Shown here piece after piece: positions 39,565-49,465 of a stretch of 64,000 nt of DNA (position 1 is the first letter of the stretch; every line of letters starts with the position of its first letter). The notes under the pieces are model-generated. The model did no database searches, was not told where the DNA came from, and saw nothing but the letters and a program-made list of their open reading frames with translations. Source of the stretch: Candidatus Bathyarchaeota archaeon. GTDB taxonomy: Archaea > Thermoproteota > Bathyarchaeia > Bathyarchaeales > Bathycorpusculaceae. Both the position numbers and the translations under genes were made by a program. The DNA is taken from the NCBI GenBank assembly GCA_963775685.1, contig CAVZJV010000014.1, positions 1,088,001 through 1,152,000 of the forward strand, in the 5' to 3' direction.

Positions 39565-40425
39565 TTACTGCTTTTTTGTTGGTGTTTGTGTTCTTTTCAA
39601 TAATGAGTCTACTGCACACGCCAAGGCGTTACTTGCGGCCTGTCTTGCAGTTGTGGATGTGTCTGTTTCAAGTTTTTCCAATTCTTTGTGAAGGCGGTCG
39701 CTGTTTTCGTTGAGTTCCTGTTTTTGTTTCTGATAGTTGTCGTGCATTTTTTCTTGTTCCGCGGTAAACGTCTGAAGGGTTACTTCGAGCTCGTTTTTGG
39801 TTGCTTTGAGGTCTTGGGCTGTTTGGGCTAGTTGTTGGGCTGCTTTCTTTTTTGCACTGAACTTGTAGAAGCTGATTTTGACTTCTTGCTGAGCGGCGAG
39901 CTGTTCTTCTAATTCGCTGATTTTGCTGCTTAGACGCTGGACTTCGGCGTTTCTTTTGTTGCTGCGTTCTCTTGTTTGCTCAGCATACTCTTTGTCAGCT
40001 TCCACGATTTTATGGTTGTTGTCGGCTAAGGCTTTGGCTTCCTCTGAAATAGTGGACTCCGCAAGCCTGTTTTGTGCCAGCGCTGCTTCGACGTCTAGGA
40101 AAATCTGGGTACGCTCTTTAGTGAATTGTTCATCTGCTGATATTGTGGGGTTCGATTCGAACTCCGAGATAATCTGTCTCAAATTCACCAGCCAATCATC
40201 AAAGTATTGGCTAAATGGGGAGAGGGCAAAAATCTGGTTCCCCAATTTACCTATACTGTTGAGGGTTTTCTGAGCAACCTCCTGCGCAGAAATTTCGGGG
40301 GTTTCCTCACGAAGATACTTAGCGCCTGAACGCTGTTTTTTTTCTTTCGATTTTTTTTCACGGGCACTTTTGGAGAATTGGTTACCTGTGCCTCGGCGTG
40401 AACTGGTTTGCGGTCTGAAACTCAT
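39565..40425 (-). CDS. Hypothetical long coiled-coil protein
   Basis: Basic N-terminus MSFRPQ, LGNQIFALSPFSQYFDDWL, then about 170 aa of E/K/Q heptads. Confidence 0.75.
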   Translation of the reverse strand: MSFRPQTSSRRGTGNQFSKSAREKKSKEKKQRSGAKYLREETPEISAQEVAQKTLNSIGKLGNQIFALSPFSQYFDDWLVNLRQIISEFESNPTISADEQFTKERTQIFLDVEAALAQNRLAESTISEEAKALADNNHKIVEADKEYAEQTRERSNKRNAEVQRLSSKISELEEQLAAQQEVKISFYKFSAKKKAAQQLAQTAQDLKATKNELEVTLQTFTAEQEKMHDNYQKQKQELNENSDRLHKELEKLETDTSTTARQAASNALACAVDSLLKRTQTPTKKQ

Positions 40426-40581
40426 AGATAAGCAGTGTATACTGGAAATATTTAAAGTGTAGCACATTTCAACAACAGTTAATTTATGATTATGCAACTG
40501 GAAAAGTTTAGGGTTGAATAGTTGAACTCAATTTTAAGTATTTTTGTAACAAAAAAAACCCCCACTTGTCCGTAGGTTACC

Positions 40582-41631
40582 TTACTTTCGGTTTCGTTTG
40601 GTGGCTTTAGGTTTATAGGCAGGTACAGGTTTTACCGCTTGCGGGGTAGATTTGGGTTTGCTGCGTTTTTTTATAAACAAGAACGCTGCTGCCACAACAA
40701 TGAGAGCAATAACAACCCCGATAACTATTAGCTGCGTTTGAGAATCTGCTAGGCTGCCAAGAGTGTTTCCACCTGTTGAAGAAGTTTGTCCGGGGGCAAG
40801 AGTTGGGGTTGGGTTCTGGGATGTACCGCCATTACCTGAACCTGCATATGGAGTTGCTTGTGGCGCGGTTCCTTGCAACATTGGCCCTTCCGTCTGAACT
40901 AACAGTTCGTAACTTGTGATTTTGAGGCTGGTTGGTACTTCTGATTGGTTAAGGTCTAAGGCTGCAACCTGGAAGGAAGTTGATTCGGATGGATTAAGGG
41001 TTTTAGGGGATAGGTAGTTGGTGTATCCCACGCCAACCACTGAACCGGTTGAGTTAAAGAAAGTTCCGACCACAGTTAAGTTTGTTGCTGCCTGGGACCC
41101 TGTATTCTCTATATTGCCCTTGACAAGGTAGGCACCGTTGAAGTCTCCGGTGGTTCCGACCGATCCTTGGCTGCTGGTTATCTTTAAGTCTGGGTACTGA
41201 TAGCTGCTTGTTGCGTTCGCCACAGAAACGGTGAGGCTGACATCAGCGACATTATCGTACCAGCTTCCTTGGCCATAGCTACTCTGAGGGGTCAAAAACT
41301 CCATATAAAAAGGTGCCTTCTGCTGTGGAACCAAGTTAAAACCCCAAACCTCCGAATAAGAGCTCTGCTGCAATTGGTCGTTGGTGGTAGCAGAACCAAT
41401 CAAAACAACTTTATCAATCGTGTCCTGCCCAACATTTTGGACCTGCCCTACAACGACAAGGTTGCCATAAATGTCTACGTACCAACTTTTGTCGACCACT
41501 TGGATGTTTTGTGGTTCGTTGACTTGGCTATGTCCGAGTGGAATGATCGTTAGGGTCAATGAGCAAACAAGGAAGGTGAGTAAGCAGATAGACATTTTTT
41601 TCACAGAGAGATGCCCCTTATAGCTCTTCAA
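40582..41631 (-). CDS. Secreted surface protein with two FxLYD-like Ig domains and C-terminal TM
   Basis: Signal peptide, VVGQVQNVG and VKGNIENTG repeats, LVPQQKAPF/LNPSESTSF, P/T/G linker, TM, basic tail. Confidence 0.8.
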   Translation of the reverse strand: MKSYKGHLSVKKMSICLLTFLVCSLTLTIIPLGHSQVNEPQNIQVVDKSWYVDIYGNLVVVGQVQNVGQDTIDKVVLIGSATTNDQLQQSSYSEVWGFNLVPQQKAPFYMEFLTPQSSYGQGSWYDNVADVSLTVSVANATSSYQYPDLKITSSQGSVGTTGDFNGAYLVKGNIENTGSQAATNLTVVGTFFNSTGSVVGVGYTNYLSPKTLNPSESTSFQVAALDLNQSEVPTSLKITSYELLVQTEGPMLQGTAPQATPYAGSGNGGTSQNPTPTLAPGQTSSTGGNTLGSLADSQTQLIVIGVVIALIVVAAAFLFIKKRSKPKSTPQAVKPVPAYKPKATKRNRK

Positions 41632-41760
41632 TGCGCCGTTGAGGTATAAAACAGTTTTTCAAAATTGCCCCCAAAACCAAATGCACTAAGTTGAGCAATT
41701 AAGAGCATCGGCGATATTCTTAAATGGAAAGCCGCAGATAGTCCTGTAGTTGAACCTGTC

Positions 41761-42243
41761 GTGAGCGATAAATTACATCCCTATGTAGTATTTCTTCCAA
41801 AAACTGAAAAAAAAGATAAAATCTTGTCCGCCATATTTGGCTCCAAAGCAGGCGTCGACATCCTCCGCTACAGCCTGAAACAAGGCATTGCCAAAAACAT
41901 CTACCAAAAAGATCTCGTCAAAACCCTCAACTATTCAAATAAAACTATCATCGAAAACCTCAAAACACTCACCGCACTGGGCGTCCTAAACGAATCCATG
42001 GAAAAAAACGACAAAGAAGGTCGCATTATCTGGATAAAAACCTACGAACTCACCAACCTTGGCAAATGGTTCGCCCTCCTTATGGCCGAAGAAAAAGAGC
42101 TCACCGAAGTCGAAAAAGCTGAAATTCTTCAAAGCCTCTTCCGAACATACGTTAAGCAGGTTAAGCTCTTAGCAGAGGAAATCGGCATAAACAAAAAGAT
42201 GCTTGAAGAAACCTTCCGTGAAGAAATGAAAAGCAACCCATAA
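41761..42243 (+). CDS. Winged-helix DNA-binding protein
   Basis: IYQKDLVKTLNYSNKTIIENLKTL helix-turn-helix, beta wing, YELTNLGKW. Confidence 0.75.
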   Translation: MSDKLHPYVVFLPKTEKKDKILSAIFGSKAGVDILRYSLKQGIAKNIYQKDLVKTLNYSNKTIIENLKTLTALGVLNESMEKNDKEGRIIWIKTYELTNLGKWFALLMAEEKELTEVEKAEILQSLFRTYVKQVKLLAEEIGINKKMLEETFREEMKSNP

Positions 42244-42431
42244 CAATTATCATTCATGTTAATAGTAAAACGTAATGGGCAATGGGCTGTAGGTGTTTTG
42301 TTTGTTCGTCACAACCTTAAAATAAGAAGCTAAAAATTAACTATGCAAGGATTTTGAAACCTCTTACTCCTCTGGCAATAGAGAAGATGACGCCGAGTTA
42401 AGCAGGTTTGTTTTGGAGACGGAAAAAATAG

Positions 42432-42830
42432 ATGTCAATAAAAATGTCATTTAGGGAAATAATCTCCGCAATTCTAACCGAAATAAAAGCAGCACTTAAA
42501 GAATACGCCAACGAGGCTGAAGCAGGTTTAAAAAAACGCATCAAAAAACTCCTAATAACAAGCATAGTCGGTACAGTTTTAATGTCGCTGGGAATCTCAC
42601 TTGCCGGCTCAGCTTCCTTGTTCATCCTTATCGGCTCGCTAAGATACTTGGAAACGACTATGCCTGCTTGGAAAGCTTGGTATGTCATGGGAACAACTTC
42701 AGCCATCGCCGCCGCAGCATTATTCATCGCACTTTTCCTCATAATAAGAAACCAACTAAAATCACCCCAAGCATCAAGTGAACCCTCAAAAACATCCATA
42801 ACCCCGGTCGATACAACCGAATCCAAGTAA
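42432..42830 (+). CDS. Two-TM membrane protein (holin superfamily III/YqjE-like)
   Basis: Amphipathic N-terminal helix followed by two TM helices with MPAWKAW between them. Confidence 0.65.
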   Translation: MSIKMSFREIISAILTEIKAALKEYANEAEAGLKKRIKKLLITSIVGTVLMSLGISLAGSASLFILIGSLRYLETTMPAWKAWYVMGTTSAIAAAALFIALFLIIRNQLKSPQASSEPSKTSITPVDTTESK

Positions 42831-43272
42831 AAGACGTTAAGCGGTTACAGACGAAATTGCAATAGACAACTAAATTAATTAAAATTTAGAGAAGAAATGA
42901 AACCAACCGGAACCCTACCGAAAGATAAGCCATCCAAATACACACCCACGACAAAGCACTCTTAAAGCACCAACAGAACCCACAAAGACCCCCTCAACTC
43001 AAAGTTGAAGGGTTAGCAAGAACAGTAAGCAATCTAAAAAAGACACTGAAAAATATTTTTCGATGTAAGACATTTTTGAAACTAACAAATAATCTGACAT
43101 GCATCGAGAGAGCATAGAAAAAAGTAATTGAGGTGGAAGAGAGCCGTTTTGGCTGGGTTGTTTTGTGGGGTTCGGAGGTCTGTTTGTGGGGAGAAGGGGG
43201 AGAGTGTTAAAAATTAATGGTTCTCCAAACCTTTCCACATTGTCCAGCCGAGCGGTTTCTTCTTTGCCTCCT

Positions 43273-44454
43273 CTATAGCGCTTTGAAGGCTTCAAACCAG
43301 CGGTTGTACTGGCTTAGCATTTCCAGCGAAACTGAAGGCTTGCGTTCTTCTAGTATCTGGCGGAAATCAGCCATAGTAAGCGACCTGGGCTTAGCTTCTC
43401 TGTCCATGGCTTTTCCGGACTCAAAGAATTCACCTATCAAGCTTAGTTGCGCTGACTGGCAAACATCGCGAATGTCGCTGCCTGAGAAGCCTTCGGCCAA
43501 ACGTGCCAACTCGTGGAGATCTACGTCTTTATCAATTTGCAGATTACTTGAGTAAAGCTTTAGCATGTTGAATCTGGTTGCGTGGTCTGCAAGGGGCACA
43601 AGGATACGCTTTTGGAACCGACGGATAAACGCCCAATCTAGATCCCAGGGCTTGTTGGTAGCGCCTATCACGTAAACGTGCAATGCTTTGCCCTTGTCCA
43701 CAATTCCATCCATTTCTTTGAGGAACTGGTTTTTTACGCGGATTTCGCCACCTACCTCATTGCTGTGGTTGCCCATAAGTGAATCTAACTCGTCCACGAA
43801 CACAATTGCGGGTTTGCCATCGGTCGCAGATTTGCGTGCGGACCCAAAGAGTTTCGCAACGTTCTGCTCAGCCTCACCGAGCCATTTAGACATGATCGAA
43901 GCGGCGTCGATGCTGTAGAAGTTTGCGTCGATTTCCGTGGCGACCGCTGCTGCTAACAGAGTTTTGCCGCAGCCAGGTGGACCGAACAGCAAGATGCCTC
44001 GTGGCCAACCAAGCGGAAAGAGGTCAGGTCTTTGAACTGGATAGACGATGGCTTCTTTGACTGCTTTTTTGGCGGTGTCTAAGCCTATGACTTCTTGCCA
44101 GTTGACTTTTGGTCTTTCTGTCATTACGAGTTCCTCGTTGGGTTTTCCACTTAAACCGTTATTGTTTCCTTCTATTGTTGCGGCTCCGCCGCCTTCGTTG
44201 TTTGCAGCTTCGTTCATTTCGTTGGAGGAAACCGTGCCCTGAAGCGACTTAATTCGCTCTTGGTATGCGATTGCCCGCTGCACGTAAACCTTGTTTAAGC
44301 CGTATTCGGGATACAGTTGTACAAGTTGTAGCAGGCTCTCGATGGCTTTTTGGTATAGGGTAATGGCTCTTCCTCTTTGTCCCTGTTTGTCTAATCTTAC
44401 AGCGTCCAGGGCGTAAGCTGTTGCTGCTCTTTCAAGTTCATTTGATGCACTCAC
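43273..44454 (-). CDS. cdvC: Vps4-like AAA+ ATPase CdvC
   Basis: N-terminal MIT domain (AVRLDKQG...YQKAIE...YQERI), GPPGCGKT, SKWLGEAE, FVDELD, ATNKPWDLD, RRFQKRI. Confidence 0.95.
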   Translation of the reverse strand: MSASNELERAATAYALDAVRLDKQGQRGRAITLYQKAIESLLQLVQLYPEYGLNKVYVQRAIAYQERIKSLQGTVSSNEMNEAANNEGGGAATIEGNNNGLSGKPNEELVMTERPKVNWQEVIGLDTAKKAVKEAIVYPVQRPDLFPLGWPRGILLFGPPGCGKTLLAAAVATEIDANFYSIDAASIMSKWLGEAEQNVAKLFGSARKSATDGKPAIVFVDELDSLMGNHSNEVGGEIRVKNQFLKEMDGIVDKGKALHVYVIGATNKPWDLDWAFIRRFQKRILVPLADHATRFNMLKLYSSNLQIDKDVDLHELARLAEGFSGSDIRDVCQSAQLSLIGEFFESGKAMDREAKPRSLTMADFRQILEERKPSVSLEMLSQYNRWFEAFKAL

Positions 44455-44477
44455 GTGTTTTTTCTCTCCTTCTTTGT

Positions 44478-45403
44478 CTATTCAGGTGATCGTAACTCAA
44501 TTTTGATTTTGCCCTTTGCACCTAAGCCTTCAAGGGCACGTTCAATCTCTTCGTTTGATGTCTTAAGCTCGCTGCTGCATCGGCCCAAATCGATCTCGCC
44601 ATTAGTTCTTCGTACATACTCAAGCAGCACATCTTCCAGTCCTGGCTTTTCAACTTTAAGGGAGAACTCTTTGACCTCTGATTTGCGGTAAGAAAATAGA
44701 GTTTTCTCTGGGTCAAAGCCAGATTCTTCCACTGTTTTTTTAGAGAACACCTGTGACGAACTCGCTGTTAGGGCAACAAGCTCTTTTATGGGCGTTTTCT
44801 CCTTCATTGGAGCAACTGCAGGGGGTTCGGGAAGGGTTTCTGAGAGTTTTTGTTCCATAAAGCAAGAAACTTCTTTTAGGATTTCTTCGCCAGCTTCCGT
44901 CTTCTTTCCCACTGGGATTACTGTTTCGTCGGCGGTAATCTTGGTTGCGTGAAGGGTATCTTGGATAGTTTGGTTAACTGTATTTAGTTCTGAGCTAACG
45001 TCAGGCAACACCTGGAATAGTTCTTGGGAGACGCCTTGAAGGAGCCTTAAGGCAGGTTTCAGGTCGGCAACGATGTCGCCGAGTTCTTTTATGGTTTCAA
45101 GGCGCAAAACTACGCGTTCAATGGCTAATTGGACGTTGTAGAGAAATTTAACGAGTTTTCGGACTTCCGCAATTTCGGTGGCGCACATTGCGGCTTTTTC
45201 TTTGTTGTTCTTTTTTAATGCGAACATGCAGGTTTCAAAAAGTACGCGGTCTCGCTCTTTCAAGCGATAACTTGCCTGTTCCAGTTTGTTTTGTTGGACT
45301 TTTAGAGTAAAAATAGATTTTGTGGCGACTTCACGTACGGGTGAAGGGTTTGGGTTAGTTAGACTTTTAATTTTTTAGCCCTCCAAACCCGCCGTTTTGG
45401 CAT
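44478..45403 (-). CDS. cdvB: ESCRT-III protein CdvB with C-terminal winged helix (frameshift near 45371-45376)
   Basis: Snf7 core (QLAIERVVLRLETI), MIM2-like LPEPPA, C-terminal wH (LLEYVRRTNGEIDL...KGKIKI); frame stays open upstream of 45263 to an A6 run just after ATG 45403. Confidence 0.88.
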
Positions 45404-45411
45404 AAGCCTAC

Positions 45412-46131
45412 TTATAATCCGGCTTTTCCTATTTCTTTAACGTAAACAACCACTGGTGGTTCAGGAAGCTTTGTTGCTGCGTTGGTTACTTGTTCAGCAT
45501 AGACTTTGTTGGTTTTCTGTGCGTTTGTGGATTGGTCACCTAAAAGCACGCTTGAAAGTCGGCTCTTTGTGAGTTCGAAGTCGGTTTTTTCACTGGTTGC
45601 TCGTCTGAGGGTGTCTTGAAGAAGCCCAAAAGCTACACGGTAGTTTTCGTCGTCGACTTTTCCTATTTCGTGTTCGATTTCTAAGTTAGCAATTGCGTAG
45701 CTTAGCGAAGTTATTTCATCTTGGCAACGTTCAATTTCGATGCCGGATTCGTCGATTATGAGTTGGGCGTCTTTTTTGAGTTGGGTCAACACATTTGTAA
45801 AGCTGGTGTGTAGGTCTTGGTAGACTTCATCAGTGATTTTCTTTTTTTCCAGAAGGTCTTTTAGGGCTTCGTCTTTGCGCCAGATTAAGGGTATGTGGTC
45901 GCATAGTACGCCTGCTTGGTTTTTAATTTTTGAAATGAATGTGACTTCAGCGCCATTAAACCGTAAACTTTCCATGGGCTGTTTTGTGAATTGTCCATCG
46001 CCAAATTCAACGTAAACTGCTTCAAATTTTCCGTTTGGAGTTAATGCGAAAGAGGCAACTTTGCCGACTATTCGTCCATATTCATTCTTTATTGGTCTGC
46101 CAATAGAAAGAAAAAGATTGGAGTTAGACAT
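45412..46131 (-). CDS. cdvA: Cell division protein CdvA
   Basis: PRC barrel (IGRPIKNEYGRIVGKV), helical core (ALKDLLEKKKI..EVY), C-terminal ESCRT-III-binding strand PPVVVYV. Confidence 0.85.
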   Translation of the reverse strand: MSNSNLFLSIGRPIKNEYGRIVGKVASFALTPNGKFEAVYVEFGDGQFTKQPMESLRFNGAEVTFISKIKNQAGVLCDHIPLIWRKDEALKDLLEKKKITDEVYQDLHTSFTNVLTQLKKDAQLIIDESGIEIERCQDEITSLSYAIANLEIEHEIGKVDDENYRVAFGLLQDTLRRATSEKTDFELTKSRLSSVLLGDQSTNAQKTNKVYAEQVTNAATKLPEPPVVVYVKEIGKAGL

Positions 46132-46152
46132 TTTGTGTTTTTCTCCTTATCT

Positions 46153-46812
46153 TTAGAATGTTGTTTTCTCTGCTTGAGAAGCTGGGGATGATGGCATTCC
46201 TGGGGGCAGGTCTGGGAACTTGTCTTTTATCTTCTGTTCTGCAACTGTGGCTGCTTCGGTTAGAATCTTTGATGCATCCTCGTTTACGGTGTCGAAGTTT
46301 AGTGTCATTCCGCTGCCTTGGCCTGCTTCAATCATGATTCCGCTTAGCATGTTTCCAATTTCGCCTAGTTCACTTTCTGCTTCTGGAAATACGCTAGTTA
46401 GACCTGATCTGACTGATCGTAGCACACCAACAGCTGGACCTAAAGTTGAAACTACGTCGCCTAGCTCGGAAACTGTTCGTAATCTTAAAGTGATTTGCTC
46501 AAGAGCAAGTTTAGCGTTCATGATTAATTTTGACATTTTTCTAACTTCGGCTAGCTCGTTAGCGAAAACGTTTGCACGTGCGCTGTCATGTTTTGTGTAT
46601 GCGTCAACTATTCTGGCGAAGATTGTTTTGTCTCTTTGGCTGAATCTGTCGGTTGCTTGGTCAAGTTTTTGTACTTGAAGTTCGATACGTCTGACGGCGA
46701 AGTCAAGTCGTGGTTTTAGTGGTCCTGGTGGCTTTACTGTGTCTCTGATACGGTTTGTTAATGGTTCATCTTCCCGTTTGGCTTCCCACTTTTTAGCGAA
46801 TCTTTCTGACAA
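46153..46812 (-). CDS. ESCRT-III/Snf7 protein (CdvB1/B2-type)
   Basis: PGPLKPRL, ARANVFANELAEVRK, LALEQITLRL.TV.ELGD, C-terminal MIM2 FPDLP; no wH domain. Confidence 0.92.
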   Translation of the reverse strand: MSERFAKKWEAKREDEPLTNRIRDTVKPPGPLKPRLDFAVRRIELQVQKLDQATDRFSQRDKTIFARIVDAYTKHDSARANVFANELAEVRKMSKLIMNAKLALEQITLRLRTVSELGDVVSTLGPAVGVLRSVRSGLTSVFPEAESELGEIGNMLSGIMIEAGQGSGMTLNFDTVNEDASKILTEAATVAEQKIKDKFPDLPPGMPSSPASQAEKTTF

Positions 46813-47037
46813 TTTGATTACCTCTGCAAGCCTAACATGTAGAAATTAATCTTATACATTGTTAATATGATGGAAATATGCACGTATATATGTACAGATA
46901 TATATGATGGGAAAATTGCGCTAAACCTTTAACTAGAAACGTTAAACATGATCCTGGTACTTTTAGGATTAGACAGAAACGTGTAGGTTAGACTAAAAAG
47001 AAGCGGAACCTAACTGCTAAAATAAAAAGGTGATTGA

Positions 47038-47262
47038 ATGAATAGTAGATTTAAAATATTCGGTTTAATTGCTCTTGTAGGCTTTGTAGCAGGCGTCATT
47101 GCACAAGTCACAGCTACATACTTTATCCCGTGGCTGATTTTGGTTTTGCCATCGCTAGCTGGCTTGACAAGCTTTGTGGTTGCGGGATTTGCAGGTGCAG
47201 TCCTTACAGTTGCCATCGTTGGCGCTTGGGCATACATGACCGGTAAAAAAGACCCTTACTAA
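47038..47262 (+). CDS. Small 2-TM membrane protein divergent from the cdv operon
   Basis: AGGTGA SD, 74 aa, Gly/Ala-rich TMs, T-rich terminator after the stop. Confidence 0.8.
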   Translation: MNSRFKIFGLIALVGFVAGVIAQVTATYFIPWLILVLPSLAGLTSFVVAGFAGAVLTVAIVGAWAYMTGKKDPY

Positions 47263-47510
47263 AAACTGCCCATTTTTTCTTTTCTTCCAAAAATAGTTTT
47301 CATTTCCACAAATTTTTTGCTTGTTTAAAGATTTGTTTTTGTTGTTTTAGGAAAGCTTGCTTTTAGTGGTTTGTTGATTGTTTTTTTCGATTTAATAATT
47401 CCGTTTGATTTTGGATGATTTTTTTGTTTGATAGAAGAAAAATGGTTGATGTTGCATATGAGGAAGGTATTTTTAGGTTGTTTTTGTTGATTAGGGTATG
47501 CATTGGGCTT

Positions 47511-47560
47511 AGGCTGGGGTTTAGAAAGGTTTGGGAAGGTTAGAAAAGGTTAGGAAGGGT
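47511..47560 (+). repeat. Five imperfect 10-bp tandem units ending (A/G)GGT
   Basis: AGGCTGGGGT TTAGAAAGGT TTGGGAAGGT TAGAAAAGGT TAGGAAGGGT directly upstream of the AbrB-like gene. Confidence 0.6.
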
Positions 47561-47571
47561 GGTTGTTCTAT

Positions 47572-47865
47572 TTGCCTTTAGCGGAACGGGTTGAGTTTAA
47601 AGCTAGGTTGAATCGTTACAACCGCTTGCAAGTTCCAAAGACTGTTCGATGGCGCTTCAAATTGGAAACAGATCAGATTCTTCGAGTTCAAGTAAGCATA
47701 GAAGGAGCATGGATCCTTCCGCAAAACTTCTATTCAAGAATAACCAAAGAAGGAAGAATAGTAATTCCAAAACTCATAATGAAACTGCTCAGCAAGGACA
47801 AAGTCAACTTAGAAGGCTACATCGTAGCTGTGATTCTTGAACCTGGCAAGAAACCTGCCATTTGA
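47572..47865 (+). CDS. Tandem AbrB/SpoVT-like (swapped-hairpin) DNA-binding protein
   Basis: Two repeats FKARLNRYNRLQVPKTVR and FYSRITKEGRIVIPKLIM; TTG start at 47572. Confidence 0.75.
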   Translation: MPLAERVEFKARLNRYNRLQVPKTVRWRFKLETDQILRVQVSIEGAWILPQNFYSRITKEGRIVIPKLIMKLLSKDKVNLEGYIVAVILEPGKKPAI

Positions 47866-48229
47866 GAGGCAAAATAGCTTCCGGAAGAACCGGGGTGAAC
47901 CACGAAATGCAGAGAAGTTTTTTAATGGTGGACTCAATAGCGGAAAAAGTATTCACAAGCTTCCAGCTTAAATTCCCCGCCTTCCGCTTCATCGTACCTC
48001 GATTTTCTCATCGTCCGAATCTATAGGAAATTCGCCTACTTATTTACATTTACCCAATGACTTCAAAATGACAGAGTCTGCCTTGCACGCATTATTGATT
48101 GTTGTTGTGATTGCTCAGTCACATAAGTTAAAATAACGAAGCAGAAGTACTTCTTAGGTATACAAGCTTGTGCTTGCTTTCTTGTTACAGAGACAAGTTT
48201 TTGTTATTTAGGCAGTTTAAGGATGCGGC

Positions 48230-49087
48230 TTGATGCAACAAAGTAGTTTACGAGGTAACAGTAACTTTAAGGAACCGCCCAATATTGGGCAAAAATCAGT
48301 CACTTCGTCGATTGTTACTTATCTTGAGGACTTCGGATTAACAAAAAAAGAAGCAGAAGTCTACTACATTCTATCCAGATTGGGTTCGGCAAATGCCAAC
48401 GAAATCACCAACGCTGCCCAGTACAACCGACTTCAAACTTACCGTTCAGTTAAAGGATTACTCGACAGAGGCTTAGTGGAGATTTCGCTGGAGCGACCCA
48501 GAAGATACACGCCTCTAAAAATTGAACATACAATTAGCTTGCTTGAACAAGAAGCTGCCAACAGAATCATCCAGTTGGAAAATATAAAACCGCTGTTGCT
48601 GCAAAAATGGTCAGAGGAACCTGATTTTCCGATTTCCAGAGACAGTTGCACCTTTAGAATAGTACAAGGAACCAAAAACGTTTTCAAATTTGCAATTATG
48701 CTCTTTGATTCTGCTCAAAAAGATATCGACATTGCCATTAAAGGCAACGAAATAATGCGCTGGATAATTGAGGATACTGATGGTTCACTGCAGAAAGAAC
48801 CTTCTAAACAAGTTAAAGTGCGCATCATATCAGAATTCAATAAATATAATAAATCAGTTACGCAAAGATTCCTTGAATTTTGTGAGCTGCGACATGTTTC
48901 TTCATTGAACACAGTGCCTATAGCTTTAATCGATGGTAAAGAAGTTCTAATCTGTTTAAATGGGAACACTCAAGGTATTCCCGAAAATGCCATTTGGACT
49001 AATCACCCTGACCTTGTTAGCATGTTGTCAGGTTTCTTTGACGGTCTTTGGTTTAACGCTAAAATACAAAAGCAAATGGTAAAATAA
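48230..49087 (+). CDS. TrmB-family transcriptional regulator
   Basis: LEDFGLTKKEAEVY, YRSVKGLLDRGLVE...RPRRY, C-terminal PLD-like effector domain (IDGKEVL, AIWTN). Confidence 0.9.
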   Translation: MMQQSSLRGNSNFKEPPNIGQKSVTSSIVTYLEDFGLTKKEAEVYYILSRLGSANANEITNAAQYNRLQTYRSVKGLLDRGLVEISLERPRRYTPLKIEHTISLLEQEAANRIIQLENIKPLLLQKWSEEPDFPISRDSCTFRIVQGTKNVFKFAIMLFDSAQKDIDIAIKGNEIMRWIIEDTDGSLQKEPSKQVKVRIISEFNKYNKSVTQRFLEFCELRHVSSLNTVPIALIDGKEVLICLNGNTQGIPENAIWTNHPDLVSMLSGFFDGLWFNAKIQKQMVK

Positions 49088-49465
49088 GTATAATAAATTA
49101 AGTATCAATCTTTATCTCAAAAAATATAGACTTTGCGAAAAAAGTCATTCAGAAGCACATTTCTATCAACAAAATTGAATTTTAGCTCAGACTCGATCGA
49201 ATTGTGCATGAACTAATTGGAGAATTATCATTGGTTAATAGAAAACACTAATTTTAGAAAAAAGTCCCCTATATGAAATACCCCATTACTTTAAGCATAA
49301 ATAAGTGTTATCTTAAAGAAGCTTAGCGGAGTTCCTTGGATAGCCCCAATGTAAGCAAACAAAAAAGTCAGCACTAAGATGTCTTAAGCTACCGATTGTT
49401 TGTTCACATTGAAAGAAACACACATGTAAATACTTTCACCCCAATTTTTAAACAGTGAATTTTTA

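Noticed and set aside
45360-45403. Programmed ribosomal frameshift in cdvB
   Set aside because: The A6 run lacks an evident stimulatory structure, and similar indels occur in many unrelated genes, favouring sequencing error
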